64,000 bases of DNA from Felis catus (GCF_018350175.1 NC_058368.1:230704001-230768000), one strand, 5' to 3'; counted from the first letter of the stretch, positions 38,466 through 51,920 are shown. Numbers and translations are program-made. The notes: generated by a model not told the origin, from the letters alone.

Positions 38466-39390
38466 ATTTATTGTTTCCTATCTCATGTCTTACAAGAAGG
38501 CACCCTGTCATCTATTCTCATTAGAATTGGGGTTAAATATTATCATTTTTTCACATATAATATAAAGTAATCTATTAAAAGAGTATACGGTATTAATAGA
38601 TTTTCTCATATGAAACCATACTTCTATTCCTGGACCCTGATCTCTGGGCATTCTTTTTCTAATAACACCGTTGCGCTTTACCTGCCCACATCATATTGAA
38701 GCTGTCTGCTTCTACATTTCAGAAGAAGTCAGGTGTGCTCTCCCCATGGGTAACAGGGTTGAGCTGACATCAGGAAAGAAGAGGGAAGCTTTGTTCTTTC
38801 TGCTCTAGAACAGTTTATACAGCCCATGAATTGTCAGTTCCTTGAAGGTGTGAAAGTACTCCCCAAGGAAAGCATGCATTTTGAGGTGGGGGGGGGTCCC
38901 TCTTTGACAGTTTCTTAATTTTCTCCTTTCTTTGGTTGCCTTTTCATCCTTAGGAATGACATCTAAAGGCGACATTGTCTTACGGTACAGCTGCAGTTAT
39001 AACACCCTACAGTCATGCTGCAGATAAAATCACTCTTATGTAAACTGAAGACATATTCAACTACCACCTATACGATGTGTGTTTTGTATCGAAACTGGGT
39101 TTTTTTTCAGACTTCCCTTTCATAAAATAACACCACCTTCTTCAGTCTTCCTGTTAGGATTACCCAAGTTAAAGATGGCAGAGAGGGGAGAAACTGCCGG
39201 CCTTTTATCCGAGTTATGACAACTTCGGTGTAGTTGACCACATATTTTCAGCCAGTCACAGAACCATGGAGTGACTAGCTACTTCTTGCTAAGAAAGGAA
39301 AACCAGCCAAGAGGTTTCAGGGGACACATGATAAGGTACAAATAGTCTTCACAGCAGAATTTTAAGAGAGTGATGGTAATGAACCTCATC

Positions 39391-39631
39391 GTTTTTTTAA
39401 AAATAAGTTTCAAATGTACCGCTTTATAATTTCACATCTGTGGGGACTACAGAGTGATCACCAGCTTGGGGTACCTGTGTGGCTTGGTCAATTAAGTGCC
39501 CAACTCTTGATTTTGGCTCAGGTCATTATCTCATGGTCATAGGATCAAGCCCTATATCAGGCACCATGCTGCTGAATGTGGCACCTGCTTAAGATCCTCT
39601 CCCTCTCCCTCTGCCCTCTCCCCCACGCTCC

Positions 39632-39680
<49 letters not shown>

Positions 39681-40003
39681 CACAGAGTGATCACCACCTC
39701 TGGTTACCATCCATCACCATTCAGTTGAACCCCTTCATCCATTTCACCCACCTCCCAACCCTCTTCCTCTCTGGTAACCACTAGTCTGTTCTCTGTACCT
39801 GTGAGTTTGTTTTGTTTTATCTTGTTTGTTTTGTTTTGTTTAGATTCCACATATAAGTGAAATCTTTGGTATTTATCTTTCTCCACCTGACTGATTCCGT
39901 TTAGCATAATACTCTCAAGGCACAAATGGCAAGATTTCATTCTTTTTTATACCCGAGTAGTATTCCATTGTATAAATATACCATATCTTCTTTATCCATT
40001 CAC
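39391..40003 (-). mobile_element. L1 3' fragment containing a SINE
   Basis: ctggtaaccactagtctgttctctg, tagattccacatataagtgaaatc, gagtagtattccattgtata. Confidence 0.85.
39468..39681 (+). mobile_element. Older CAN-SINE with (CT)n(CA)n tail
   Basis: SINE head; TSD acagagtgatcacca on both sides. Confidence 0.9.
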
Positions 40004-41409
40004 ATTCCTATTTCTTTCTTAATGTTGACAAGTTCCCACCATGAGGGAGACAGCAGATGTCGACTGAGATCATTGGTTGGAATAGTTTCAGGCAGAGGAG
40101 TAAAAAAATCCAAATATCTCAGTCATAGCAACAAAGTCAAAGCTAACCTGTGGAAAATTCTGAATGACCCTCCGTGCCACAGACAAAACACATTGATGTA
40201 AATAATTCTTAACTTTTTTAAGTGGCCTCATATCGTTTTACAACATAGCCTTTGTTAGCAGTAATTACGATGGCTATTATTATTTCGTAAATTCCCCAGT
40301 TCATATTCACTAAAAATCTTTATCTTGTTGTTTTAGTAATTCCAAGAAATGATAATAAGACCCAAGCTTCATGTAATTGGAGGTTCATTATCACTTTTCA
40401 ACACGTATTCTGGAATACTCACTGTGAACCTCTTTAAGCCTGAATGAATATTGGATGTGCTCAGAATCGCATTAAGATACTCAGCTTCTCCTTCTCCCTT
40501 TGTTTTAATTCAAACTTGGGAGTTCAGCTTTCCTGGGCCTAGTGCTGTGGGGTAACACAATGCCTTTCCTGCTAGTAGGCGAAGGCCAAGTATGGCAGGG
40601 GAAACAAGTCGGCTGCAGTCTTTAAAACCAGGGTCATCTCTGTTCCACTGGAGGGGTTACTTCTTACGCTGTGCTTTCTGGGGCAGGTACTGGAATGATC
40701 GGTGAGAGCAGTGGCTTTGCAGGCCCCTAACCTGGAGATTCTTGGTTCTTCCCCTTCCTTCAGTGAAGTCTGGCAAATTAATCTTCAAACGTCAGTTTGC
40801 CCATCATAAAGATTTCCCCACCATAGGAAAGTTCTGAGGATTAAAAATATATATACCATTTATAAATGACGTTTGGCATTTTGAATGGTATTTAGACAAG
40901 ATCTCAAAGGCCTTGACTAATGACGCCACACAACGTTATCTGCTCTTTGCCTGAGTTCCGGGAATAGTGTATTTCAAACAAGGTCTGAGGTCTACAAGAA
41001 TTTCATGTTCCTGATATATTATCAATGTCGTCATTATCCGGAGGAAGATGATGCTGTAGGAACACACACTCCTAGGCTGTGCATCTGTTCTCGTGTTGAT
41101 GTCTGTGCAAGATGAAGACCGAATTCCCTGGCAGCAGACAATTCAGAGATCTCACCGTAGTTTGAACAAAGAAACATGGGGAGAGACCAGGGTTAGATTC
41201 ACCTTCTTGGGACAGTTCACTGGCAATGAGCATAGTGGCAAATACGCAGTGATGGCGTTTTTCATTACGTGGAATTTTTCCTTTTCATCATTATATTGGG
41301 GGCCACCTTTTCATCAATTGGCTTACTGAGATCATGCATCACTGATTTAAGATGAGATCATAATTTAAAAGGAACGCTGAAACAATCAAAGTTGATACTG
41401 ACAGTGCAT

Positions 41410-41640
41410 TTGTTTAATACTCTGTACAACACTCTTCTGTGTACTTTGAATAATGATTTATTTACATACATACTTCACATCCTTTAATCCCTACGGAAAC
41501 CATAAGAGGTAAGCACTACTATTTCATCCTCGTTTTACAGGTGAAGACAGCAGGAACAGAGAAGTTAAGCAACTTGCCCAAGGCACTGAATGATGACCTC
41601 AGGCTTTCACATCCATGATTTTAACTACCATGCAGCTAAC
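41410..41640 (-). mobile_element. MIR SINE
   Basis: ttttacaggtgaagacagcagg...gagaagttaagcaacttgcccaagg. Confidence 0.75.
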
Positions 41641-42337
41641 CTTCCACAATGACAGTCACTCAACCGATGCTCCATCCTGGGGAAAGTCATCTGACAAGTT
41701 GGCAAGAAAGAATGATAACCCATTCTTAAGTCCCTTGTAAGCAATTTAGTTTTAGGAAAACCTCACCCATCAAAGTAAATTAAATTAGATGTAAATGTTA
41801 CTGGTTTCATAGTTTCGTTCCTATATAATTCACAAATACGCTACTCTATAATCCTTAAAAATCTGTACTTAGTCTTATGTTTATATTTAAATAGCTTTAT
41901 AAAAATAAAGTTTAAGCCAACCCTGGAGGAACAGAATGAAATATTTTATGGGGTCCATCCATCTCAAATTTGAGAACATGGTATTATATTTCCTTTCTAG
42001 CTCACTCATTTAGGCATTTACAATATCCCTCCTGCTCCAAAGCCAACTAAAATTATTTTTCTTCCCATAAACCTTGACTCTAAACTAACGTGGAAGAACA
42101 CACTAGATTTGTTCCAGAGTGGAAACCCAAAGCTTTGGATTCCAGGTGTCCTTTCTTTGCCTTTTCATTCACTCCCTTGCACAATACGCGTGTCCATCTC
42201 CTCAACAAAGTGTTCACCACAGTGAAGACAAGGACAACACTCTTCTCATCTGCTCATTCCCTCTAGGAAGAACACACAGGTTTCAGGAAGTAGCAGGTGC
42301 CCAAGGAATGTCTGCTAGTTAAAAAGAAACCCAATCA

Positions 42338-42550
42338 GGGACGCCTGGGTGGCTCAGTTGGTTAAGCATCTGATTTCAGCTCAGGCCATGGTCTCACAAT
42401 TCGTGAACCCACTTCAAGTTATGTGTCTCCCTCTCTCTGTCCCTCCCCCACCCCTGCTCACACTCTGTCTCTGTCTCTGTCTCTGTCTCTCTCTCAAAAA
42501 TAAACATTTAAAACATTTTTAAAAATAAATAAAAAATAAAAATAATTTAA
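42338..42550 (+). mobile_element. CAN-SINE with internal deletion
   Basis: Head jumps from aattcgtga to cccacttcaag; exact 17-bp TSD aaaaagaaacccaatca (42321-42337 and 42551-42567). Confidence 0.92.
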
Positions 42551-42900
42551 AAAAAGAAACCCAATCAAAAGACCAAGACTCTGCATTTTTCATGCATTTG
42601 TTTGCGTTTTTCACAGCCTCCTGGGGGATTAGGGTAAGTTCTGTAACCTCACTACAGCATCTCCACTAAGACCCAGTGGGTCCATGCTGGAGAGTCTGCA
42701 GGGATGAGAGCTCACTGGCAGGCTGAAGCAGCCTGGGGGGATTAAGCACCCTGGGGGATTAAGAAGTCCCTCCTCAGGCCGTCTTAGAGAATCTGCCATT
42801 TTGCCCCATTCAGTCCAGTTCTGCTCTCTGGTGTTGACCAACTCAAACCTGCTTGGCCCAACAGTTCAGGGAAGCACACATCAAAGGTGATTTTCTTAAG

Positions 42901-43011
42901 GTTTTTTTTTTCTTCTTCTTAAAGTTACCCCTACACCCAATGTGGGGCTGGAACTCACAACTCTGAGATCAAGAGTCTCATGGTCTTCCAACTGAACCAG
43001 CTGGCTGCGCC
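42901..43011 (-). mobile_element. Short old tRNA-Lys-like CAN-SINE
   Basis: Reverse complement gctggttcagttggaagaccatgagactcttgatctcagagttgtgagttccagccccacattggg resembles tRNA-Lys(CTT), followed by an A-rich tail. Confidence 0.8.
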
Positions 43012-43014
43012 ATC

Positions 43015-43150
43015 ACAGGTGTTTTTAATCTCCATTTCACTGAGGAAACTGAGAGGCCCAGACGCGTTAGAAGATTGTCCCAAGGTCACACTGCTGGTGA
43101 GGATGGAAGCCAAGATGGTTTCACATATTTCAATGTGAACTTGGCCATCT
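43015..43150 (-). mobile_element. MIR fragment
   Basis: ctccatttcactgaggaaactgagagg...ccaaggtcacac. Confidence 0.75.
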
Positions 43151-44234
43151 GGATCAGAAGCTACTAGAAGACAGGAACTATGTCTCAAATCTATTGGCAC
43201 CCTCCATACCACTTGGCCTAGTCTATAGTAGATTTACAATAAGTACTCCTTCGATGAGTGAATACTTGCATAAATTAATTATTCTGGGACCATAAATAGA
43301 AGCTATATCTCAGATACTGTACCCTACAGTTATTATAGAATGCATCAATTAGCATGTGCTGCTTTGCGGATCAAAGCCACAAGGTGACTCATGAAGCTGT
43401 TTGGAGATGATACAGGACTCTGGCAAGAATCTTGCCCAAAGCAGAAGACTACAATATGCTTTGAAAGAGGCAGCAATTGATATGTTGGCTCATGAGGCAT
43501 ACAATATGGGAACAGCCTGAACCACTGCTTGGCTCTGTGCTGGCAATTTTCCTAATTCTCTAAATAGATGTAGCCAGAGCTCTGAAGGGGTGAGATCCTT
43601 CCCGCTCAGGCTCAGAGCACAGACACCATTCCCCACAGCCCCAGTTCCTGGGAGGTCAAGTGGGCAAACACTAAAATGGCTAATTTTGTAACCTGTGCTG
43701 GTGGAGGGAAGGGAAAGCCTGGAAGAGTCGAGATGTCTTGGACTGTGTGAGGCGCAGAGCTGTCCATCCAGCACAGGTGGCGACAGTGGCACAGTGGCAA
43801 GGGTGAAAGAGGGTCCTGTGCCAGCAGCAACGAAGGCCAAGTGCCCAGGCAAGATCAGGACTCGGCCAAGGCTGATGGCAATGGGTAAGCAACCAAGACT
43901 TGGCCATGACCACAAGGGCTGTTAGTCTGAAGGCTCCCCAAGGCAGAACAGAAAGAGGCTCAAGGAGGACTGGGCAACATTTGCTGGAGTGTTGGAGGCT
44001 AATGCTGGGGCAGGCAGCACTGTGTGGACTATTCCCTTGTGGACTCCTAGCCCCTTGACCATGAGCCACTAGAAGGCAGCACCTATGACTGAGTCATCTA
44101 GAGCAGGGTCCATACTGGATGCATAGGTGGGTGAAGTGGCCTGGGAGTGGCCAAGCACATAAGCCCCTTGGGTTCCATGGCTAGGCTGGCCATGTGCAAC
44201 CACTGCCAGTCTTTCTAGTTGGAACTCAACTCTT

Positions 44235-44443
44235 TTTTTTTTAATGTTTATTTATTATTTTTGAGACAGAGACAGAGCACAAGCAAGGGAGGGGCAGAGA
44301 GAGAGGGAGACACAGGATCCGAAGCCGGCTCCAGGCTCCAAGCTGTCAGCACAGAGCCCGACGTGGGCTTGAGCTCACCGACCGCGAGATCATGACCTGA
44401 GCTGAAATCGGATGCTTAAGCGACTGAGCCACCCAGGCGCCCC
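44235..44443 (-). mobile_element. CAN-SINE
   Basis: Antisense SINE; TSD tcaactctt. Confidence 0.96.
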
Positions 44444-47222
44444 GTCAACTCTTAAGACTCAAATGAGAAGACCGAGAGGCTCCCAACTGGAATGTACTTT
44501 TGAAGGAAGGAACCCTTTGTCCCAGGGTGTCCACCCCCAAACAGGTCTCTAGGCTGTGCAAACACAGAGCATGTCCCCTTATCATTGCAGAGTCCCCAAC
44601 CACAGATGCTTCACAAGTAGTCCAAGTGCTCCTTTTGGGTCTGGACATGTTTGTGATGTCAGCTGATGTTCCAGCAGATGTTATTGCTGCTTCAGAAGAG
44701 TGCCTTCCTCTGTGTGGATTCAGACTTCTCCGAGGTTGCCGTCGCTGGTCCTGTGGGGCTGTGTGTGCCAGTGAGTGCCAGTGTTCCAGCTCAAGGAGTC
44801 TCCCCTGGTGATAGAGAAAGAACTACAAGCCCCGAGATGCCGGAATGGACGAACTAGTCCAAGCTTCACCTGAAGCTGAAAGAGAATACGGAAAGGAAAC
44901 ACGTGAACTTGGCTGAGAACAATTCAGGCTGACGTCCTACTCGTGGGGTCATTTTAGGTTCATTAGTGCACTGGGGGAAATGCTGATAATGGGTTAGAAC
45001 ACCGTAGTAACATGATCGTAAGGAAACATAAGGCAAAAACACTCTAAGAGCAGTTGGGGGTTTGGCGATACATTGAAGGGAGCAGAAGTTGTCACTGTCG
45101 TTGGGGTCTGTGCGTGTGGTGGCCAGGCACTGGCACTTTTAATAAAAACTGGTTAAAGGTCCCAATGGACATGAATGAGAGACTGGGGAAAAGAAGAATG
45201 TGTCAGCAGCCAGAGGGAAGCTCTCAGGACCCAGGAGGCAATTTGCAGCAGAGCCTGTATAGACCGCGGTCGGAGCAGATCACACAGGATCATCACCGAT
45301 GCTCCTGAGCCAGGTGATAGCTAAGTGACAACCAAGAGAGATGGGGGAAACTTCTAAGAGATTCCTAAGGCGTCTCAGATATTCTTGGGGAGAAGAATGG
45401 ACTGTCTCATAACTGAGCAGAGTAGGGGTTCAAGTGGTTATAATTTGGAAAATCCATGTGGTCTAGTGAACCCCACACATAGGAAAAAACCTGAATCTGT
45501 AACATTCAACAAACTGCTTACTAGACAAGAGATGCCTAGTAAGGGTTTGCACCACTGACTGGACCTCACTTCCCAGGCTGGTGACCCCAGGACCAGCCGG
45601 TACATAAGCCCTAGACTTTGAGGTCCCCTGAAGTGGCTGTATGACTGAGCAAACTTTTGTCATTCCGGCTCCTGCAAGGTGGCCTAATTCAGGATCATCA
45701 GAAAGAGAGGCTTTACTCATTTGGTTGCCCTTGTTCAACACAACCTACCCATCTCTCAGGAGTGAGGGCCCGACCCTTAGCTCCTGTGTGTAATCATAAA
45801 ATAAAGAGCATCTAATTTCCTCCCTATCCAGTCTTCTTTCTACCTTTATCTTCAATTCCTTAGCAGCTCACTTCATTTGAAATAGTTTCAGAAATGTCTA
45901 AAAGTCATTTTGAGTGAATTTATCTCTCTGTAAGATGAAGGAAAGGAAGTTTTCTTTGATTTATTTTTCCACTCTCCCTCAGTTTTCCGGCACACTATCA
46001 CAGAGATGGCAGAGATTTGCCAACTTATCAACGTGCATCCATGGTATGACAAATCAAAGGAATGGATGAACAACAACAACAACAAGCCCCAGTTAACCAA
46101 CTGCCTGGTTTTTCTTTTGCCTCGGTTAACTCATCAATTGCTCCTCCCACCACTAACCCACAAGGCCAGCAGTTGTGGCCAGAGTAGCAAGATGGCACAG
46201 GAGAAGCCGATGTCGCGAAGAGAAAAGACAGCCTTCGTTGGAATTAATACCTTTTTCTTACCCTGATCTCCTTTTAAAGTGGCTTCTTTCAGTTTTTCTT
46301 TGCTTAAGAATAAAACGCGCAATTGAACTAAAACACAGCACCACAAGCAGTCACATCTGAGAATCCTGGACTCCGGTTGAATCCCGGCTGATGGCTGCCT
46401 GCTGCTCTCACCTCTTTTCTTCAACGGTAAACCCAACTCTCAAGTTTCTTTCTGCAAAAACTCCTTTTATCTTGCTCTTTCAAAGAATCTCATTAGCACA
46501 TTTTGTCTTTCTTTAAGAATGTTACTGAGTGTTAACCATAGCAAAAGGAACTCTGTAATCAGTCCCAATCTTTGAATATTCTCCCTTAGTTTGTAGAAGG
46601 AATGAGATAATCAAAACAATCCTTGACCCCCAAGAAGAAAACAACAACCAACCTGAGCAGAGCTGGAGAAGTGAGTCTGGTGGGGAAGTTTCCCTGAATC
46701 ATAAACAAATCAATGAAGCTCCATTAAAGAAGAAAAGATCTGACTGTTCTCCAGATTTCATTAGGAAAGAAATCATTACATATGCAGGCATGAGTCCTTT
46801 TCTCGCTTTTCAAGGAGCCACTTAAACACAAAGGCAGTGAGGAAATGTTCTCTGCAAATGCATCATTGACATGCAGCAGATATTCCTGGGCCCAAGATAA
46901 GGTGGAATTTGGCCACTCTTTGCAAGGTTTCCTACTCCCCCCTCTCCTTCCGTACAACCCATTGTCACCCGAAGATTTCTACCATCTGTGGCCTCAGAGA
47001 CAATCCTCCACATGTTGGGAACATGTTTCAGTACATTTCTGGAATGACCAGATGCCCCTGAACAAGCCCTAGGCTGTGGGCGAGGAGTATGGATTATCTT
47101 GGTCTTTTCTTCTCCGGTCATTTCCAATTCACTAGAACTCATCTGTAGTGGCCAATTCAGGAACCAGAAGTCTGATGCAGTGGGGGAATCATTTCTTTCC
47201 TTCTTTAAGAATTTATGGGCAT

Positions 47223-47420
47223 GGGGCACCTGGGTGGCTCAGTCGGTTAAGCGTCCGACGTCAGTTCAGGTCATGACCTTGTGGTTCACCAGTTCAAGCC
47301 CTGCATTGAGCTCTCTGTCCTCGGCACAGAGCCCACTTTAGATCCTCTGTCTCCCTCTCTCTCTGCCTCTCTCCTGCTCTCGCTGTCTCTCAAAAATAAA
47401 AGAATAAACTTTAAAAAAAA
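47223..47420 (+). mobile_element. CAN-SINE
   Basis: Full SINE head, CT tract, tail. Confidence 0.95.
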
Positions 47421-47532
47421 GGATTTATGTGTACGTAAGATGAACATTTAAGTTTTTATGGCAGGTATGTTTTATTTAACATGTGAGGGGAAGCCCAAAC
47501 TATTATAACTGAGTATTTAAAACTCTATTCTT

Positions 47533-47766
47533 GGAGAGCCTGCGTGGTTCAGTTGGTTAGGTTAAGCATCCAACTCTTGACTTCGGCTCAGGTCATGATC
47601 TCACTGTTTGTGAGATCAAGCACCACATTGGGCTCTGTGCTGACAGTGCAGAGCCTACTTGGGATTCTGTCTCTCCCTCTCTTTCCGCCCCTCCACCTCT
47701 CTCTCGCTCTCTAAAATAAATAAGCATTTAAAAATAAATAATAAATAAATAAATAAATAAATAAAT
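47533..47766 (+). mobile_element. Older CAN-SINE with (TAAA)n tail
   Basis: Diverged head, CT tract, TAAA repeats. Confidence 0.9.
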
Positions 47767-48149
47767 GCATACATATTCTTTTGTTTATATAAGAAGTAAA
47801 TTTGGTTGCTGCAAAACAAAATTGAAGAAAAAAAGGAAAAGAATTTTATAACATTATAAGTAAAGTTTTCCCCTCAACCATCTCCTCCTAATGTCATGCT
47901 CCAGAGATGACCATTGCTAATTAGGTAATGGGCTTTCAATGAAAAGAACGGGATTGCATTAAATTAAGACTGCCCCCCATCCTTGGGTCCCTGGGAAACA
48001 ATGATATCAATATCGATGTGCAGTTATTAATTTGCCACCACTCTTGGCTTGCTTTTGCCTTCATATTCGATGAAAGGATGGCACTTAGCACCACAGGATT
48101 GGCTCACATTCCAGGCACCTGACTCAGCGCTGCCTTCGTCCAAATCTTA

Positions 48150-48942
48150 TACCCATTCTGAGTGAACTCATTTACCTTCATCCTTTGGTTCCTGTATACT
48201 ACAATTCCCAGCCCAAGCCTTGCCTGCCGACTGAATAGACAGACAGACAGCCCTCCCTAGAGGAGCCATGGGCTTCTCAGACACATCTTGGGAGTGACCC
48301 ACTCCTGTTTATGGACCATCATGCCTCTGTCTATCCAAGTTACAGAGCCAGAAAATCAGAAACTATCCTAGGCTCTACCCTTCATGACCCACCTCCCATC
48401 CCATTCAACACCAAACCCTCTGCATTTTCCTCTCTAAACCCATATCAAATCCACACCGCCTCCCACTGGAATGACTCACAGCCTCATCTCTTCCCACCCA
48501 GATTGGCAAGATTCTGCCAACTTCATCTGCAAAGTACATCTCAAATCAGCTGTCTTCCCCGCATCGCCAATGCCACTGCCTCTTCCTTGCCAGGGACAAC
48601 CGAACCAGCTTCCTAGCAGATTTCCCTGCTTCCAGTCGTGCTTTGCAGAGTAGCCAGGATGACTTCTACTCCTCCTTTGGTCCCTAAATAAATGTCGCTG
48701 CCTAAGAAGGCCCTCCCTTGGTCACCCATTGAAGTGGACCCCCCCCTCCATACTTGACTATGACATCATAGAATTCCACTCATACCACTTACCGCCATTT
48801 GTAAATATAAATTTATTTGGTGTCTAGTTAAACTCGGCTCTCTTATTGTAAGCTGTCCTGGTCACTACCATATCCCCAGCACCTAAGCTGTCACCTGACA
48901 CATGGTAGGCATTCAAAGACTATTTGTTGAATGAATGAATGA
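48150..48942 (+). mobile_element. L2 3' region
   Basis: Ends atccccagcacctaag...catggtaggcattcaaagactatttgttgaatgaatgaatga, the diagnostic L2 terminus. Confidence 0.8.
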
Positions 48943-48949
48943 CTGGTGT

Positions 48950-49465
48950 TTTCTAATGGGTCTCCCTCTCTTGCCCTTCTGTTATTCTATTCTCAAGCTA
49001 GAGAGGTTTTTCTAAGTTGCAAATATGATCTCATCATCTGCTGGTTAGAATTTTAGAATTTTTAGGGAATTAACAAGAATCAATTCAAACTCCTTTATGC
49101 TATCTGCCATTTTCCCAGACACAGCTCATGTCACCCTGGTACTCCCTAAACTGACCCACCCTAAACTCCTGCCGTTTCCCACAAGGGCCACACTCTTGTG
49201 ATTCCGTCTTCTTTTTTCCTTCCTCAACATCCCACATTCATTGTGTCCTGTCCTGAAAACCCTCCCTTGGTTCTTCAAACACTGATCTTGGTGCCACTTC
49301 TACTCCTATCAAGTTTAGGCGTTTCAAAACACGTTAAGGAACTACGTTTTCCCCCACTGGTTTGTATATTTCTTGAGGACAAGCACCACGTCATTCATCT
49401 TTATATTTCCAGTACTTTCCATTGTACTTAGAAAATAGTGGGTGCTCAACAAAATTGCATTAATG
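48950..49465 (+). mobile_element. Second L2 fragment
   Basis: cttgaggacaagcaccacgtcattcatctttatatttcc...gtgctcaacaaa. Confidence 0.55.
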
Positions 49466-50999
49466 GGGCTATACAATAATTGACATCTGGTAAAGCAAAG
49501 ACAGCAACAGTTAGGACAGACCCGTCAGACAGATATTGGCTACAAACACAGGTGACCCACATGAGCATGTGCTGGCCAGATGTCAGCTGAGTCTGATGAG
49601 TCAGTGAATGAATGAATGAGTGAATGAATGAGTAAAGACTGAAGACCCTCCTTTCTGTGCCTATCCCTGTGCTTCTTCCAAGGACAAGCAGCAGCAGAGT
49701 CCATCTCTCTGTCCAGGTCCCCCACAGTGGCTCTTCTCGAATGCTCTCGCCAGCCCAGAAGTCAGCACCAGGCTCCAGACAGCCCTGTCTGCATGTCTGT
49801 TTGAGTTGTGACCACATCACTTGCTGCCATTTGACTGGAGAGAGGTTCCCTTGAAACGCATTCATGCCGCGCGTTGAGTTAACACAGTTCAGCTGCAGAG
49901 TGATGTATTGTTCAGGGAGTAATTATCAGAACTTCTTGTCAACTCTGCTCCATTTCACTGAGGGGGGAAAAAGATGTATTTTGAACAAAACAAGCCCAGG
50001 ACGCAGCACTTGTAGGAATTAGCTGATGAATGAGAGATAGAAGGCACGATGCTGGCCCTAGTGGGGGATGTAATCCTCACCAGATGAACTCAAGCCAACC
50101 TGCTTCTAAATAAATATGACTCTCCACGCTCGGCCTAGCCCACGTCGGGCTGACTCCACAGTTTTCCATGGTTTCCTTCCCTTAGAAGGCATCATGTAAA
50201 TGGAGATCTGAGTAGCGTTTTACCCTTTTCCTTCTCAGCCCTTCCCTTTCCTTCCCTTTCCTTGGCTCAGCCAACAGGTCTGCTGTAAATATGCTACCTT
50301 ATCCCCATCTCCAGGAAAGGGTCGGTTCTAATCTCTAGCCTGACTCCCCTACACCCCAACCCTGGAAATGCCTGGAATAAATGAAGTTTCCAATCCAGAG
50401 CAAGCAAGAGGTGTGCTGACATAAACTGGCAAACAGCACATAGGTATACGTTGTGCCAGACAGTGACAAGTGATCTATCTGATATTTGATACATGTCACA
50501 TCAGAGACACCAACATAAATTTGGAACAGTATTCTGTAATAAACTCATGAGATTGCTAATAATCCAGAAAATACAGGGTCCAGTGAGCTGGATGGCGATG
50601 CAATCCAATGAGCTAACATCTCTGTGTCTGACCGTCTGCAATCCAGTTTGATGCCAGAATTGGATTTGATCCACTTTGCAGGAAGGAAAGAAAGAGGAAT
50701 CAGAAATTGGGAGGAGAGAAATCATACTTTGTTAGGTCTTCTTAGACCACGGGCATTTTGCATCGAATTCTATCTTCACAGCAATCCAGAGAAATCCACA
50801 CATAGGCCCGGCAGCTGTGTTCCTGGTTTGCGGACCGACAACACGGGATCCAGAAGGTCAGGATACACACCAAACGCATGAAACATCTGGGCAGGGTGGA
50901 CGCTTGGGCTACAGATCCCCACTGTGCTGCCCCCAAACTCCTTCCACTGAATCATGTTGCTTCTTAGTAAAATGGGGTGCGGAGTCTCTAAAATGGTAA

Positions 51000-51245
51000 A
51001 CATAATAACAGCAACTACCAGTCCCAACATCTCCGTGCTCAGCACTGTTTTGGGACTTGACATGCATCAACTCCCCTGAGCCCCGCAACAAATGTATAGA
51101 GTAGAGTCCACCTTACTCCCATTCTACAGATGAGCAAACTGAGGCACCAAGAGTTAACGCAACTGATAAGCGTGGGTAAGTAGTAGGGCTGGACTTTGGA
51201 ACTAGGCAGTTTGCCTTCCAAGCCTGGGCTCTGCCACCAACACTA
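51000..51245 (-). mobile_element. MIR SINE
   Basis: cccattctacagatgagcaaactgaggcac. Confidence 0.8.
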
Positions 51246-51920
51246 TAGAAACAAACACAATTGGTGCTATGTATCCTATTCCCAAGATGAGCCCTGGAAT
51301 TGACCTCGTCACTGACCTCTGCCTCTCAGGCCGATGTAATTGCCCACCTTGGCCTGAGAGAGAAGAGCTGAGGCCCCAAACATCTTGGCTCTGGACGAGC
51401 ATGAGGCTGACCTTTAGGAAGAACGCTGTAATCAGATGGAAGAAAAGAGGCCATTCTTTGGAGATAAGCCATTAAAGCTTAGGGATAATATTTTCAATTT
51501 ATGTTGCTTCTGCCTTGCTGAGGAATCACAGGCTATCTATTCTAATTTTATTTTTAATGTTTGTGTGATGAATTCGCTGAGATATTCCTCCCCCAACCTC
51601 CCCAGCATGGCATTATTTCTCCCATCCCTTCTATTTCCCTGAGGGAGCCTTGGGTTAAGCTGTCTGCTCGTTATCCACAATGTATTAATAGCCACCTCTG
51701 TCCGACAGCGTGCTGTTGTTCCTCCAACGTGCATATGAGGCGAGCAGGGAACACAGTATTCTTTCGGGTTAAAAAAGTAAATAAAAAGACAGTGTGTGGG
51801 AAGTGTGGGGAATCGGCTAAGGAAGGGAGAGTGTAGTGTGTGTTATATGGAACAAGAACACGTTGGTCTCCTTGCAAAGCCTGCCTGTCAGAAGAACAAG
51901 TGCCTCAGAAACTTCTTTTC

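Larger units (their letters stand above)
34250..38950 (-). mobile_element. Fragmented old L1M(E) scaffold interrupted by MIR, SINEs, younger L1s and a simple repeat
   Basis: Antisense motifs tgtgaggtagggatccaaattt, ttttccaggtagataatcatatcatctg, tttttagtgtttcaccatcaa. Confidence 0.55.

Noticed and set aside
42920..43011. Possible tRNA-Lys gene
   Set aside because: Mismatched stems, SINE-type flank and A-rich tail indicate an old SINE or retrocopy
21740..49605. Several isolated AP-1 (TGAGTCA/TGACTCA) heptamers
   Set aside because: Count is in the range expected by chance for 64 kb
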